Shown here one piece after another: positions 36,668 to 48,777 of a stretch of 64,000 nucleotides of DNA. The notes beneath the pieces were generated by a model. It had not been told where the DNA came from, searched no databases, and saw nothing but the letters and a program-made list of their open reading frames with translations. The stretch is from the NCBI GenBank assembly GCA_037447605.1, contig CM074817.1, positions 1,922,001 to 1,986,000 on the forward strand. Direction: 5' to 3'. The stretch's first letter is position 1. Every line of letters begins with the position of its first letter. Both the position numbers and the translations under genes were made by a program. The DNA comes from Zygnema circumcarinatum SAG 698-1b (lineage: Eukaryota > Plantae > Zygnematophyceae).

Positions 36668-37720
36668 GGAAAATGATACAGGCGCCCCACTTTTTGGAAA
36701 TCCGCGCCCCCTTTCGGGAAAAAACTGTACTTTCATTTTGGCTAATCACGCCCTCCCCTTGGATCTTTCGGGAGGAGAGATCTTGTAGACAATCGGACCC
36801 CGCGCCTCGCGCGCAAGATCCGACTGTGCACCGACGTACGGCACCGCGCATCGCGGCGTGGCCCGCGAGATGCGGCGAGCCTACGGAAACGTTGTCCTCA
36901 CCTGATCCTTTTTGGGTCGAGGTTGCTACGTGGCAATCTACCATTGGACAGCCCTGCTGCCGGTCCCCCATGCCGATACAGTGGACCCCCATAATATTTT
37001 CCACCTTGTACAGTGCGTCCTCAAGAAATTCGCCCCGATTTTCCGAAACCACCTTTTTGTACGGTAACTCAATGTTTACGTATTAGGGGTGTTAACCTTA
37101 CCTGACCTATTCTCCAATACAAAATCTGTTAATCGAAACGGATTTCAAACATGGGTCACGCTTTTACGCTGTACGGTAAGTACGAATAGAATATCTAAAT
37201 CGTACGGTATAGGTACGGTACCAATAGGAGCTCGTGCATCTAAAGCACGGTACGATACGATATGATACGATACGATACGTACGGATGTACATGAACTCTA
37301 ACATAATACCGCTCGCCTATTGGTAGCACGGACCTTATATTTGCAAATTACAATATTTTGGCCCAGTATTTGCTGAAACCATGGCGAAAATATTATGGGG
37401 GTCCACTGTATCGGCATGGGGGACCGGCAGCAGGGCTGTCCAATGGTAGATTGCCACGTAGCAACCTCTGACCCAAAAAGAGTCAGGTGAGGACAACGTT
37501 TCCGTAGGCTCGCCGCATCTCGCGGGCCACGCCGCGATGCGCGGCGCCGTACGTCGGTGCACGGTCGGATCCTGCGCGCGAGGCGCGGGGTCCGATTGTC
37601 TACAAGATCTCTGCTCCCGAAAGATCCAAGGGGGGGGCGTGATTAGCCAACATGAAAGTACAGTTTTTTCCCGAAAGGGGGCGCGGATATCCAAAAAGTG
37701 GGGCGCTTGTATCATTTTCC
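36668..37720 (-). mobile_element. Foldback/Mutator-like element copy 2 (1053 bp), inverted relative to copy 1
   Basis: Same GGAAAATGATA termini; 7-bp TSD TTTTCAA (36661-67 and 37721-27). Confidence 0.88.
36979..37408 (-). mobile_element. pogo/Tc1-like MITE copy 4, nested at the same axial TA
   Basis: TA|CAGTGGACCCCC ... GGGGGTCCACTG|TA. Confidence 0.85.
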
Positions 37721-38591
37721 TTTTCAAACGTAGTTATATCCGTAATGGCGTCACTATTTACGAGAATCTTGTGAAGACCTTGCTTGAACATTTCCCAATA
37801 CTGTTACTGTCGAGTCAGATTTTTCAATAATTGATTGGATGGGAAAAAAATGAGTTTCGGAAAATTTTGACTAAGTTTCATTGGAAGGCATTCTTCATTG
37901 CAAGCAGTTAGATAGTCTGAATGCTCTTTAACGATCTTCTTGAGTAGTTTGCAATACTTTTAGAGCCGTCTTGTTCAGCTTCGAAGCAGCAACAAGGGAG
38001 TAAGACTATTTTATATTTCATTTCCAATTTCTGTTCTTACTTTACTGTTTGTGGCTAAAACCCAAAACTCTGGAGGTTATGATCTGGTATTAAGTGCTCC
38101 CAGCAAAATTCATAGACTTCGATGATTGAGTCTGCTTGATTGTGCCTTTGCATACTTCGAAGTATCCTCGTTTTGTTCCGGACTGGTTTGGACCACCAAA
38201 AATATGTGAATGCTGTAGGCTCTGCGATGTTCTTTTATTACTGTGAACGAGCAGGTTCAAGTCTGAACTGCAGCGTTTGCATGGCAGGACACGAACGAAT
38301 CAATTTCCTTTGTTATGGCAAAAGATCATGCGACAATTGTCCATCCACACCATTCCAAACATTTTGAAAGCCAGAAATCATTTACAGATGACGGTACATA
38401 AAGGCTTTACCTTCAAGCCACCTAAACCTTCTAGCGCTAAGCCTATGCACTTCTTTTATATCTAACATAATAACATGCCGGAACACAGAGGCATCTGAGA
38501 AACCATCCACTTCAACTGGACATGGCTTAGGGTACAAGTCGGGGTCACCTCCACAGAGTTCCGTTCATGTTGCAGTATAGGTCGAGTTTGG

Positions 38592-39807
38592 TCAGAGCAA
38601 TAAGGTGCAAATGCCCATAGTGAGGCAACAAAGCGACACCCAAGGACTCAAGCGCTCCCCTGCACCACTCAAAACAGGAGCCGCATTCAGCTCACACTCT
38701 GAGGCAGACTGCTCTGTATCAGAAACACAACTCTTCCTAAAAGAACAGGCGAAGTTCCTTTGCAGCGGAATAGGGGAAGATAGCGACGTCCCAGAAGGAG
38801 TCACTAGCCCTCTCCAATGGATACATTATTACCTCAGACTTCCCTCATACACGTTAATACATGTATTGAAAACATTGCCCTGATAACATATTTCACTCAC
38901 ACAGCGAAACTGGAATCTGGAAGTGGATGCAAGCTGTCGCCTTGGGAAGAAGACATTCCTAATGCTGTCACGTGCCTTTATGTACCCGAAAAGCAGCGAA
39001 TTAGGCAAATCTCCTGATCAGGCTTAATGCAGTTTAGAGCCTACGGTAAGAGTGGTACTCACCAACTCGAGCGGCCTTCCAAAAAAATCCCCGAAAACTG
39101 CCAATGGACGATCAGACATAGTACATAAGCAGAAGGAAGTAGCTAAACGACCCATAGTCGGGAAGCCCATTGAGAATGGAGCAGAGTTGGCACGACCATA
39201 TATAAAAAGTAAGCCATGCCTAAATTCCTGACACAACATAACAGACAGGAATCCTTGTCCAAGAAAGGCCGTATAGCTGTTATGGAGGGGTCCATTAAAC
39301 CGTAGTGCCGACCTGGAAATACATTATAGTATAGGAAGTTTGAGTAGTCTACTAATGAGAAACTCGTAGTTGACTCACCCTGTCTTTTTTTCGAGTGCGT
39401 TTGGGAACTGGATCTTCACGTAGGTGCACGTGCAGATGAGCAACAGCACCACCGTGAGAAAAGACTGGAAGTCAAAAAGTGCGGACTGCACAACCCTCCC
39501 TGTCGCTGGCTTGTCAGTATGAGCGTCAATACAGAGGTCTCGGAAGAAAGGGTTGTGAGATTACATGACAGACAAGGTGAAGGGCCTAACATTCGATCAT
39601 GTCAGAGCATCACTGGTCCACGTAGATGTAAAAAATAAGAAACACGGGTAAAAGGTTCCTCCACTGCTCATACTGCACGGCATAACGTTTTGTGCAGTAG
39701 TACTAGCCAGCTCATGCTACAACCTAAAGAATGTTCCTGATATTCATGCCCGCCCTTAGTACCAGCTTCCGTTAACAAGGAAATCAGGAGCTCGAAACTC
39801 TCACCAT
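38592..39807 (-). CDS. KISH/TMEM167: Protein Kish (TMEM167 family), 70 aa, 4 exons: 39807-39805 (ATG only), 39485-39379, 39097-39063, 38659-38592
   Basis: Manual splice with GT-AG junctions and consistent phases gives MSALFDFQSFLTVVLLLICTCTYVKIQFPNALEKRQGFRGFFWKAARVGERLSPWVSLCCLTMGICTLLL. Confidence 0.9.
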
Positions 39808-40962
39808 ATTATTGAGGGCACACTGTTGATCACCTCCAAAAATATCAGTACGTTCGGAAAGAAAAAACGCCGATCAATCCGTGCGGAGGCTGTAAGAAGA
39901 AGCGCGGTTTGGTGTGTTCGCCAAATGCTGTGAGACGAAACGATTCAAAAAACTTGAAGTGACTTGAAGGTCTTCTTTGGCCCTCGTCACAGGGAAGTAA
40001 GTAAACATGCTGTTTAATTAAATACAGCAACAATATAGATTGACGATGTTGTCAATCACATCCGTAGCTACGCTTGAAAATAGCCAACCCTAGTACTGAA
40101 ATTGTTGACGACCTTGTATGCAAAACAAATCTTCAACATGAGGCGCTGAATTTGATGCTAATTTTGGTCTCGTCTCATACTGATAATTCAAGGGCCAGTT
40201 TTTAACAATGAAAAAAGGAAATTATCTCTCTGCAAATTAGGGCTTCAGGAGAAAACATCTACAGGAGAGGCTGAAAGAGAGGTAGCGATAAATATGAGCC
40301 TAAACGAAACCTAAAACAATCCCAGAGAAGAGAGAAATCCCTTGGCCGAGAGTGCTCTTACCGCGCTATGGCTCCTCCTTACCGCCCTCCCTCCCTGCCT
40401 TCCTCTGTCGCCATGGCGCCTGCCCTTCCAGACCCACTCAGGCCCATGCCCTGCTGCTGCCACTCCATGCGGCACAGTTCGCGGAGTACAGCCCCAACGG
40501 AACTGGCTCCATTCTATACATGTACCGTACTGAGTTCGGTTCCGTATCGCAATAAATTCTTTCATGTCGATATTTGCTAGTACTTTCCAATACTGTACTG
40601 ACCATATCGCTATTGTTCATGATATACGATACGATATACGATATCATGCGATACTACACGATACTAAGCGAGATTATATACAACAAAATACGATACGCGA
40701 CAGTGACGGCGGTTTACCTGCACGACGTGGACTTTGAGACACTGACCGTACCTCGACGTACGACCGCGCCGTACCGAGCCCTGCCCTGCCCTGCCCGAAA
40801 CCGCTTTCCTTGCCCCAAAAAAAGGCCGCGGCAGCGGGAAGTGCGCGCGGGCGGCCACGTCGGCCCTGCGAGGCGCCCGCGTGGCGGCTTCTCCGAGGAC
40901 CGCGGGCGGCCGAGGACGGTTACACCGGGATGCCGGGACGGGGTCATGCTGGGCAACTCGAC

Positions 40963-41025
40963 CATGTGCATGTGCATGTGCATGTGCATGTGCATGTGCA
41001 TGTGCATGTGCATGTGCATGTGCAT
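40963..41025. repeat. (CATGTG)10 microsatellite
   Basis: Perfect tandem hexamer read directly. Confidence 0.95.
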
Positions 41026-42141
41026 CGCCATCATGAGAGCAATGCCTAATCCATCTCCTTCATCAATGGACATCACTTCCCCATAGTGAGATCGATACCC
41101 TTCACTTGCCCTTCGCTATGTCCCCATCGCGAATGAACTCGAATCCATTCCGCTGTTGCTGTCCTCGATCCCATCCGCACCCCCATCACGAAGAATGATG
41201 GATCCATGGCGATGCGGACATGCCATGCCATCTCATACATGGCGTGGAGCGCAAACGTCCAAATCGGCATGACGTCGACGCCTCGCACCGTCCAATCGCC
41301 GCCGCCCTCGTGCATCACCTCCACCCGTGCGGCAACCTCCTGTCCGTACACGCGACCGGTCGCCCTCGCCAGTTTTGAGCTGCCCGAAACTTCCAACGAG
41401 CCCTGCCTGCCCTGCCCGGCGGGCGGTTGTACGAATTCGTACGACGCAAACGGTCGCGCCCGCCCGCGGCCGTCACCGCCTGTCGCCCGCCGTCAGCGAG
41501 CGGCGCGGGGTCCCTGCGACGGCATGCGACGTAATGCGACGCAATGTGACGACCTGCGACGACAGATAATCGACGCAGGCACGTGCGAGCGACCGGATGT
41601 GGCATTACCGGCGGCCGTTTCCTCTTCCCCAAAAGGGAGGCACAGTTTGCCTCGTCCTCGGGAGGTCGGAAGCGGACGGGGGGGAGGGAGGGAGGGAGGG
41701 AGGGAGGGAGGGAGGGAGGGAGAGGGGATCCTGTGGAGGGAATTACTCAATTACTGTACATATATAGTTCTGGTGAATTTAGGGGAGGCTTTTAGCTGGG
41801 CCTTGCTTTTATCTTTAGTTCTTTGTGGGTTGGATTAGAGGTTAGAGCTCTTTCTGAGCTGTTTTTTAAGGCAGAGGAGGAATTTCTTAAAAGAAAAAAG
41901 GGAAAGGGATCTTTTACGCGTGAGTAAACGTCATTATTTTACTTTACCTTTGATTCAGCTTTAAGGTAAAGGGAGCTGTTGACAGCTGTTAGTGAGTTCG
42001 TACAGACAGCATTGAAAGAAGAGCAGAATTCATCGAGATAAGCGGATAATTCGAATTAGGGTCTTATTAGGAACTGCATTGTATTACTAAGAAAGAGAGA
42101 GGCTTCCAAGAGTGGATCAAGCTCCGGTTTTGAGGGCAGAA

Positions 42142-45100
42142 ATGAACACGGTAATGAAAATGATGAAGGAGAGCTTCTCGGGCGGGACCCAAAAGATGCC
42201 TAAAGAGCCGTGGATTGGCCCAAACGTGCCAGAGACGATGACAGCACAAAGAAAAGAGAATCTTCCGCCAATAAGGTGCGACTATCTTGCTACACTTGGT
42301 GGGATGAAACTGGGGGGTGGGGGGGGGGGGAGGGAAGGGAGCACATGACACGGAGAGAGGGGGAGGAAGAGAGGAGATGGGAGGGAGAAGGAAGCAATGG
42401 AGAGAGGAGAGGAGTGGGTGAAGGTACCAAGAAATGTTCTGCTACTACTCCCCTCCTTTTCTTTTTCCAGTATTAGGGTTTTTATATCAGCCCTGTTGCC
42501 CGTGAAGTTTTCTGGGTCAAGGCGCGGTACTATAATTCACAAAAGAATACGCTTTTCCCACAAATTTTTTTAAGTATAGCTTTTACGCTATTAATCCGCT
42601 CTAATTTTGCTTTCTTGACATAAAATTAAATTGAACAGCGTCTAAACTCGAGCTCTTTATCTTTCCCAAATTTTAGCAAATCTAAAGTAAGCTTAATCGG
42701 ACGTCAATCATAGAAAGGTCAGCGAGGGGTTTTTTTTAGACACAAGGTAAGCAACTAAAGCTTCTTTTAGTATTTAAACTTACAAAAAAGTGACTTAAAT
42801 TAAGCTAGTTAATAAACGTAACAAAAATCTTTTATTGCTTTAAAATGTTCAAATGGTACCTTCGACTTCCTCGCAAGCCACAGTCCCACCAGTGCATGGA
42901 AAAAGAAAAGGTTGGAATAGATTCCCAATAGAACCTGAAGTTTTCCCCATCTTAAAGCACTGTTTCATTAAATAACTAAATGAGGTTTCTTAATGGAATG
43001 TTCCCGTACTTTTTGGTGAACTGTTTCAAGAACTTGTCCTCTTGCTCTAAACGGCGATGCTACCATGCATGTCTTCTTTATCACTTCACTGAAAGATAAA
43101 GGACAACTCGTTGCTCTAACTGTCAAAAACTTTCACTAGTGAGGCTCCTCCTTGAATCTTTTCACTTTTAATGCCGAGGATTGTGACAGTGCAGGGGAGA
43201 AAAGTCAACTCCAGAAAAACTTGCGGAGGAAGGAGGAGGCTTCTCCCCTGGCAACCGCTACGCGACAGCGACGGTGCAGAGTTTCACGAACTTCAAAGAA
43301 ATTGGAAGTGGCAGGTAATAAGAGATACTGATACTTGTGACGCCACTTTTAGCGAAGATGAAATTGCATGGACAATAATAGCCTTAGGCTCTTTAATCTG
43401 CCGGTTCGACTTTTTCGTTTTTCTGTATGATATCTTGAAAACTTCCTGCAGTCGGTACAGCAGAGGACTTTCATTAAGAGATATGGGTCTCAATAAGTTG
43501 CAGGAAGTTGCCCAAGGGAAAGCGGCAAGGGAAATTTATGACGAATTTTTTTTCTCTGGCTGTGTTTGCAGGAACGCATTAATTTACTCTGCTATATGCA
43601 AAGCAACAGGGCAGCGTGTGGCCATTAAGGCGTACCTTCGCAAGGGTCTGACAGCTATCGATTTGTATCGTGTGAAGAGGGAGATATCACTTCTCAGAAT
43701 GCTTAGGTACGAGCCTCAGGCAGAGGACAGCTGTGAGAGGTTGAACGGCTGTTGAACAGCCCATGGAAACGACTTGGATGTTTTTCAATCGATGCTCCCT
43801 GACGTGATTTTTAAGCACAGACGGAGACCTTTACGCATTTTTTACAAGCTGAAACTTCCCCTGTTTTTTTAAGTTGAAGCTGTGGTGGGTTATGGGTGGG
43901 GGTTGGCAGGCACGAGCACATCATTGGGTGGTTGGGGCATTTTGAGAACGAGCAGAGTGTGTTCCTTGTTCAAGAATGGGCTGCTCGAAGCGATCTTTTC
44001 GAGGAGTTGAGGCTTTGTGGAGGGTCCATGACAGAGCGAAGAGCTGTCTCCCAAGTACGCTCCTCAGCTTCTTGTTGCACTCCATTGTCTTGTTTTCAAA
44101 TTTCCTTACAGACAAGTTTTAGTCCGAGGAAGATGTTGTCGGTTCACTTCTGTCGGTTGGGGAACGAAATTTTGTGCAGGTACTTCTTCCTCTCATTGGT
44201 GCTTTGCAGTACATGCATTCACAAGGAGTTCTCCATCGAGACCTGAAACCGGAGAACATCCTACTCACAGCTGATGGCACCATAAAAGTACGATCTACCC
44301 TCTCCCTCTCCCTCTCCCCATGTCAAACAGCTGCTCGTCCTCTCAAGGCTCAGGACTGCATGTTGTGGGCAATGTTGGTAGACTAACAAACTTGTATACA
44401 ACGAATGCAAAGAACTGTCCAACCTAACTGATTTGGACATGAAGCAAAAGCGCAAATCTTCAGGTGACTGAAGAGCCGAAATGAGAGTGCTTTGCAGGTC
44501 TGCGATTTTGGACTTGCTATCAATGTCGCCTTAGAGCGGCCGGCGAGCCGGCTCGGAACCCTGCAATATATGGCGCCGGAGGTGGTCTGCAGACCCCTAG
44601 TGAGGCCAAGGAACATGGCGGCTATTGAAGCCTACGATGAGAGAGTTGACATCTGGTGAGTGGCAAGCAAGGTCCCAATTGCAATTGCACTTCTCCAAAT
44701 CTTTTCATACTCCTCTGAAAGATGCTGCCTAAAAGCAGGTGCAAATTTGATGCACCTGATTATAGCCTTGAAGATATCGCACAGCAAGTTTCAAAGGGCA
44801 GCAAAGGGGTGAAGGAAGAACGGAGTTTTTTCATGGTTGGCTAATCTGAATCTCCACTTCCTGTAGGGCATGCGGAGTGCTTGTCTATGAGCTGGTGATG
44901 GGTCGGCCTCCGTTCGAAGCATCTACTGACGAAGGAACTACGGAGCAGATCATGCACATGGAACTCTCAAACATGCCCGAATGCATGTCGGTACTGTGCC
45001 AGGATTTCATTCGCAAGGTAATGAAGCTTCACTTTATCTCTTCACGCGTTTAGCAGCCATCCTGCAACTGCACATTCCTCATCCTTCTCCCCAACCTCAT

Positions 45101-46746
45101 TTTTCGCACTGCCTGTACATATGCTGCGCCAACACAATGCAGTATGCACGAAGCAGAGTTTCGGAAAGGAAACATAAAATAAAATAAAGACAAAACGATG
45201 CCGTTTATTCCGACAGGTTCTCAGAAAGCAGCCTTCGGAACGTTTGACTTTGGCTGAGATGCTTCGCCATCCTTTCATTACGGCGAATGTTAGCTATGAA
45301 CAGTTGCAGCGAGTCCGTCGATCGGCTACGACTATTTCCCCCCGCGCATCAAAGACTGCAATTCGCACTCCGAGTCCCGTCAAAGTGACGAAGTCTGCTT
45401 TGTGGGAATTTGAAGGGCCTGAAAGCCCGGCCCTTCTATCGGCAACTGGAAAGGTTATACCAAAAACGACGCAAGGAAAGAACTTGGCGAGTTTGACTGC
45501 TGAGGGAGAGGGGAGGGGAGGAGACCGAATTAGGGTTGGAGCATTGCGGGAGGGGACAGAGCAGAAAGGCGGTGACCTTGCGCAGGGGAAGCATGAAGCA
45601 GGAGGGAAGAAGCTGCTGGATGGCCATATCGAGACAGAAAAAACTTGCAACAACTTGCAGAATAAGAGAGCTTTTAAAAGTTCAAAAGTGCATCCGTTTA
45701 ACCCTGACGACGAGAATGGAGGTCCGGCTTTGAATAGTGAGTCTGGAAAGAGCGGCACTCAGTCTCAAGAGGCAAATCTCTGTCCAGAAAATGATACCGT
45801 GGGCCGAGTGCCTGCACATGTGAAAGTCTGTGAGCGCAAGCAGGACGAAGAAGACAAAGGCGGAGGGCTTTCTGACAACCAGAAGAGAACGGAGAATGGA
45901 GTACGAGAGATGGAGCCGGGTCTCGCTTCTTTAAAATCGCAAGCACAAGGTGCTTTTGCTTCACTACTCAGAGTCGCAATGCCTAAGTCTGCGCCTGAAC
46001 CCGCAAAAGCTTCTCCCAGTAAAAGTATTGCCTCGGGGTTGAAGACTGACTTCGAGAGAGCAGATACAGACAAGCAGGCGACAATTCCAGCCTTCACGTT
46101 GATTCCTGTGGCTGCAGATGGGCCAGCCAACAAGCATTCTGAAACAGAGTACAGCACGCCAAAATCCGAGTTATCATCCTCTCACGTTTCTTCTTCTTCC
46201 GCCGCCTCATCATCGTCCGACTCAACTGAGACTGCCTTTCCCCCCTCTCCTCCCACCAGTCCCCACAGCCCTCTCCAGCTGCATGGCTCAGAGTGGCTGA
46301 AGCCCAGAAAGGATGCAAGTTTGACATCACCTACAACGAGAGGCACGCCTGAACATAACGGCTCAACTTCCCGGATTCCTGTTGCTAAGCATATGAAGGT
46401 GGGAGAAGGAAATGAAGACTCAGTTATGATGTCGCCAAACACAAAGGAAGAAAGCAGCAAAGGGATTTCTGTCTCATCTCCGGGAAGGGGAGTGCCTACG
46501 AGACCCCTTCTGCCGGATGTGCAGTTTGATAAAAAATCAGTCTGGCTGATGAATCCTAAGGCGGTTTCTGCAGACGCAACTGCTAACGCTGCTGCTGACA
46601 AAGAGAAGCTCCAAATTAGGGTTCTTGAGAAAGGCGGCGGCAAGGGAGAGGGAGAGCAGCAGAGGGGGAAGGAAGAGGGGCGCAACTCGATGGACAAGGG
46701 CTGGCCATGGCTGACAAGCTTGCTGGAAGCTGTCACCTCTCCCTGA
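42142..46746 (+). CDS. Aurora-like Ser/Thr kinase with long low-complexity C-terminal extension, multi-exon; 5' exon tentative
   Basis: Splice 43314/43571 gives FKEIGSGR|NALIYSA..VAIKAY. Also [52 protein letters not shown] and GRPPF. Confidence 0.85.
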
Positions 46747-47359
46747 AAGCGTGGGCGGGAGAGGGAGGCAGGCAGAGAGGGAGGGAAGGTGGGAGGGAGG
46801 GCTCGTCTTTTCTGGCGAGTGGAGGTGAAACCAAAAAGTGCGGGGGAGGAGGCTAAAACTGAAATTAATTTTGTATAGAAAGAAATTATGTAGATAATTT
46901 GTTTAATCTGTTATTGTTTTAAATCATTTTTCCAGAAATAAGGAGTTCTGAAGGTCGACATAGACGCAGAAGTTGTACAGTAGAGCGAGCTGGGATATTT
47001 TTCATTGAATAAGGACGAGGGCGATAGAGCCTCCTCGTTTACTTGTCAAGATGGGTACATCATACTTTAGAACTTTCACAATTCAAAAAACAAAAAAAAT
47101 AATTGGCGGCATTTAGCATTTTATTTTAGCTTCTCATGTGAATACACCTCTAGGTTGCAAGGCTCTAGAAATTTTAATGTTTTGTTTAATTTTAAATGAC
47201 ATTTTTTAGAGGGAAACGTTTTTGGACTCCCATGTTGTTGTCGCAAGCCTTGGATTCAAACCGTCTTGGCTCTTGAGGCTGTACCGTACGGCACCGTTCT
47301 TGATCATGCGCCGTACATGTACGGTCCAACAGAGCATCGTACGAAAACTGTTTGTCGTA

Positions 47360-48777
47360 CAGTACCCCCCCCCCAATATTTTCGCCATGGTTTCGGCAAA
47401 TAATTGATTGGGCGAAAATCTTGGAATTTGAAAAAGGGTAGTGATATTTCCACCCCTTTTTTGGATCCAAACACCCCTTCCCGACCGGGCAGATTTCAAA
47501 AGGGATTAAAAACAGAAAATGCTTTTTGCACACCTTTTTGGAATCGATACCCACCTTCTTCCGTCGGCTGATTTTATTTTTGCTAACCAAGGAAAATGAT
47601 ACCCCGTCACCGCATTTTGAATACTGTATCCCGCCTCCCTGAATTTTTTTTTTGAGGGAAAGAAATATCTGCCTGCCCGAATCCGCTCGGAGCGGAAGAT
47701 CCGTCCGCCACGAGATCGTTCGCGGGTGTCCGTCCTTTACACGTGTGTGTCAATCGCAGCTGTCGATTCCCTCGCAGATCACACCACTGCAGATCACCGT
47801 TCGATCTGCAGCCGGCCTCGATCTTAGCGAATGGAAAGCGCCCACGAGTCCCGTCAAAGCCAAATCGCTCGTGCGAGTGCGCGCTTCCTTCGGCACGAGA
47901 TCTCGTCAATGTTAGCTTCCAGCCAATAAAAAGCTGCCACGTGTTACATTTTTGACGTGGAAAATTTTGATTGGTCTAAGATCTCAATGTACAAAATTTT
48001 GGGTTCCTCAAGTTGCGACCGTTTGTACGGACAAACTTTTGAGAGGACCTTGGCGGGATACGTGGGCACGTGCCATGCGCTGTGACCGAGCCCGGCTGCC
48101 GATCAAATAGTGATCTGCCGTGTTGCGATCTGCGAGGGAATCGACGGCTGTGATTGACCGCACGCGTGAAAAAAAATTCAGGTAGGCGGGATATTCAAAT
48201 GGGGTGACGGGTTATCATTTTCCTTGTTTCGCAGAAATAAAATCTGCCGATGGAGGGTGGTATCGATTCCAAAAAGGTGTGAAAAAAGCATTTTCCGTTA
48301 TAAATCCTTTTTGAAATCTGCCCGGCCGGGAAGGGGTGTTTGGATCCAAAAAAGGGGTGGAAATATCACTACCCTTTGAAAAAATACCGTGTTAACAATA
48401 GGCGGGCGGTATTATGTTGAGAGTCTGGCCTGCGGCCGTACTGTTTCTCTCTGTACGGAGGAGGATGGCCGCCCGGCAGGCCCTGTCGCGAGCTCCTATT
48501 GGTGCCGTATATTCAACTACACGAGCTCCTATTGGCGCCGTATATATACCGTACGATTTGGAGAATCTATCCATACTTACCGTACATCGGAATAGCGTGA
48601 CCCATGTTCGAAATCCGTTTCGATTAACAGTTTTTGTATTGAGAAATAGGTCTAGGTTAACACCCCTCACACAGACTTACCGTACGACAAGTAGTTTCCT
48701 CAAAATCAGGGCGAATTTCTTGGGTAAACGCAAGTGCTCGGGTGGAAAATATTTTTGGGGGGGGGGGGGGGGTACTG
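47360..48777 (+). mobile_element. pogo/Tc1-like MITE copy 5, interrupted by a Mutator-like element
   Basis: TA|CAGTACCCCCCCCCCAATATTTTCGCCATGGTTTCGGCAAA ... GGGGGGTACTG|TA; the 3' part matches the interior of 35650-36072. Confidence 0.85.
47436..48374. mobile_element. Non-autonomous Mutator-like element (939 bp, ~215-bp TIRs)
   Basis: Ends GGGTAGTGATATTTCC...GGAAATATCACTACCC; 9-bp TSD TTTGAAAAA (47427-35 and 48375-83). Confidence 0.9.

Noticed and set aside
35300-37830. Repeated 100-185 aa ORFs in the foldback arms
   Set aside because: Translations of GC-rich TIRs; no transposase motif seen.
43171-43570. Track ORF as N-terminus of the Aurora-like kinase
   Set aside because: The Gly-loop (EIGSGR) is in another frame and joins 43571 via a GT-AG intron; the track frame reads through intron.
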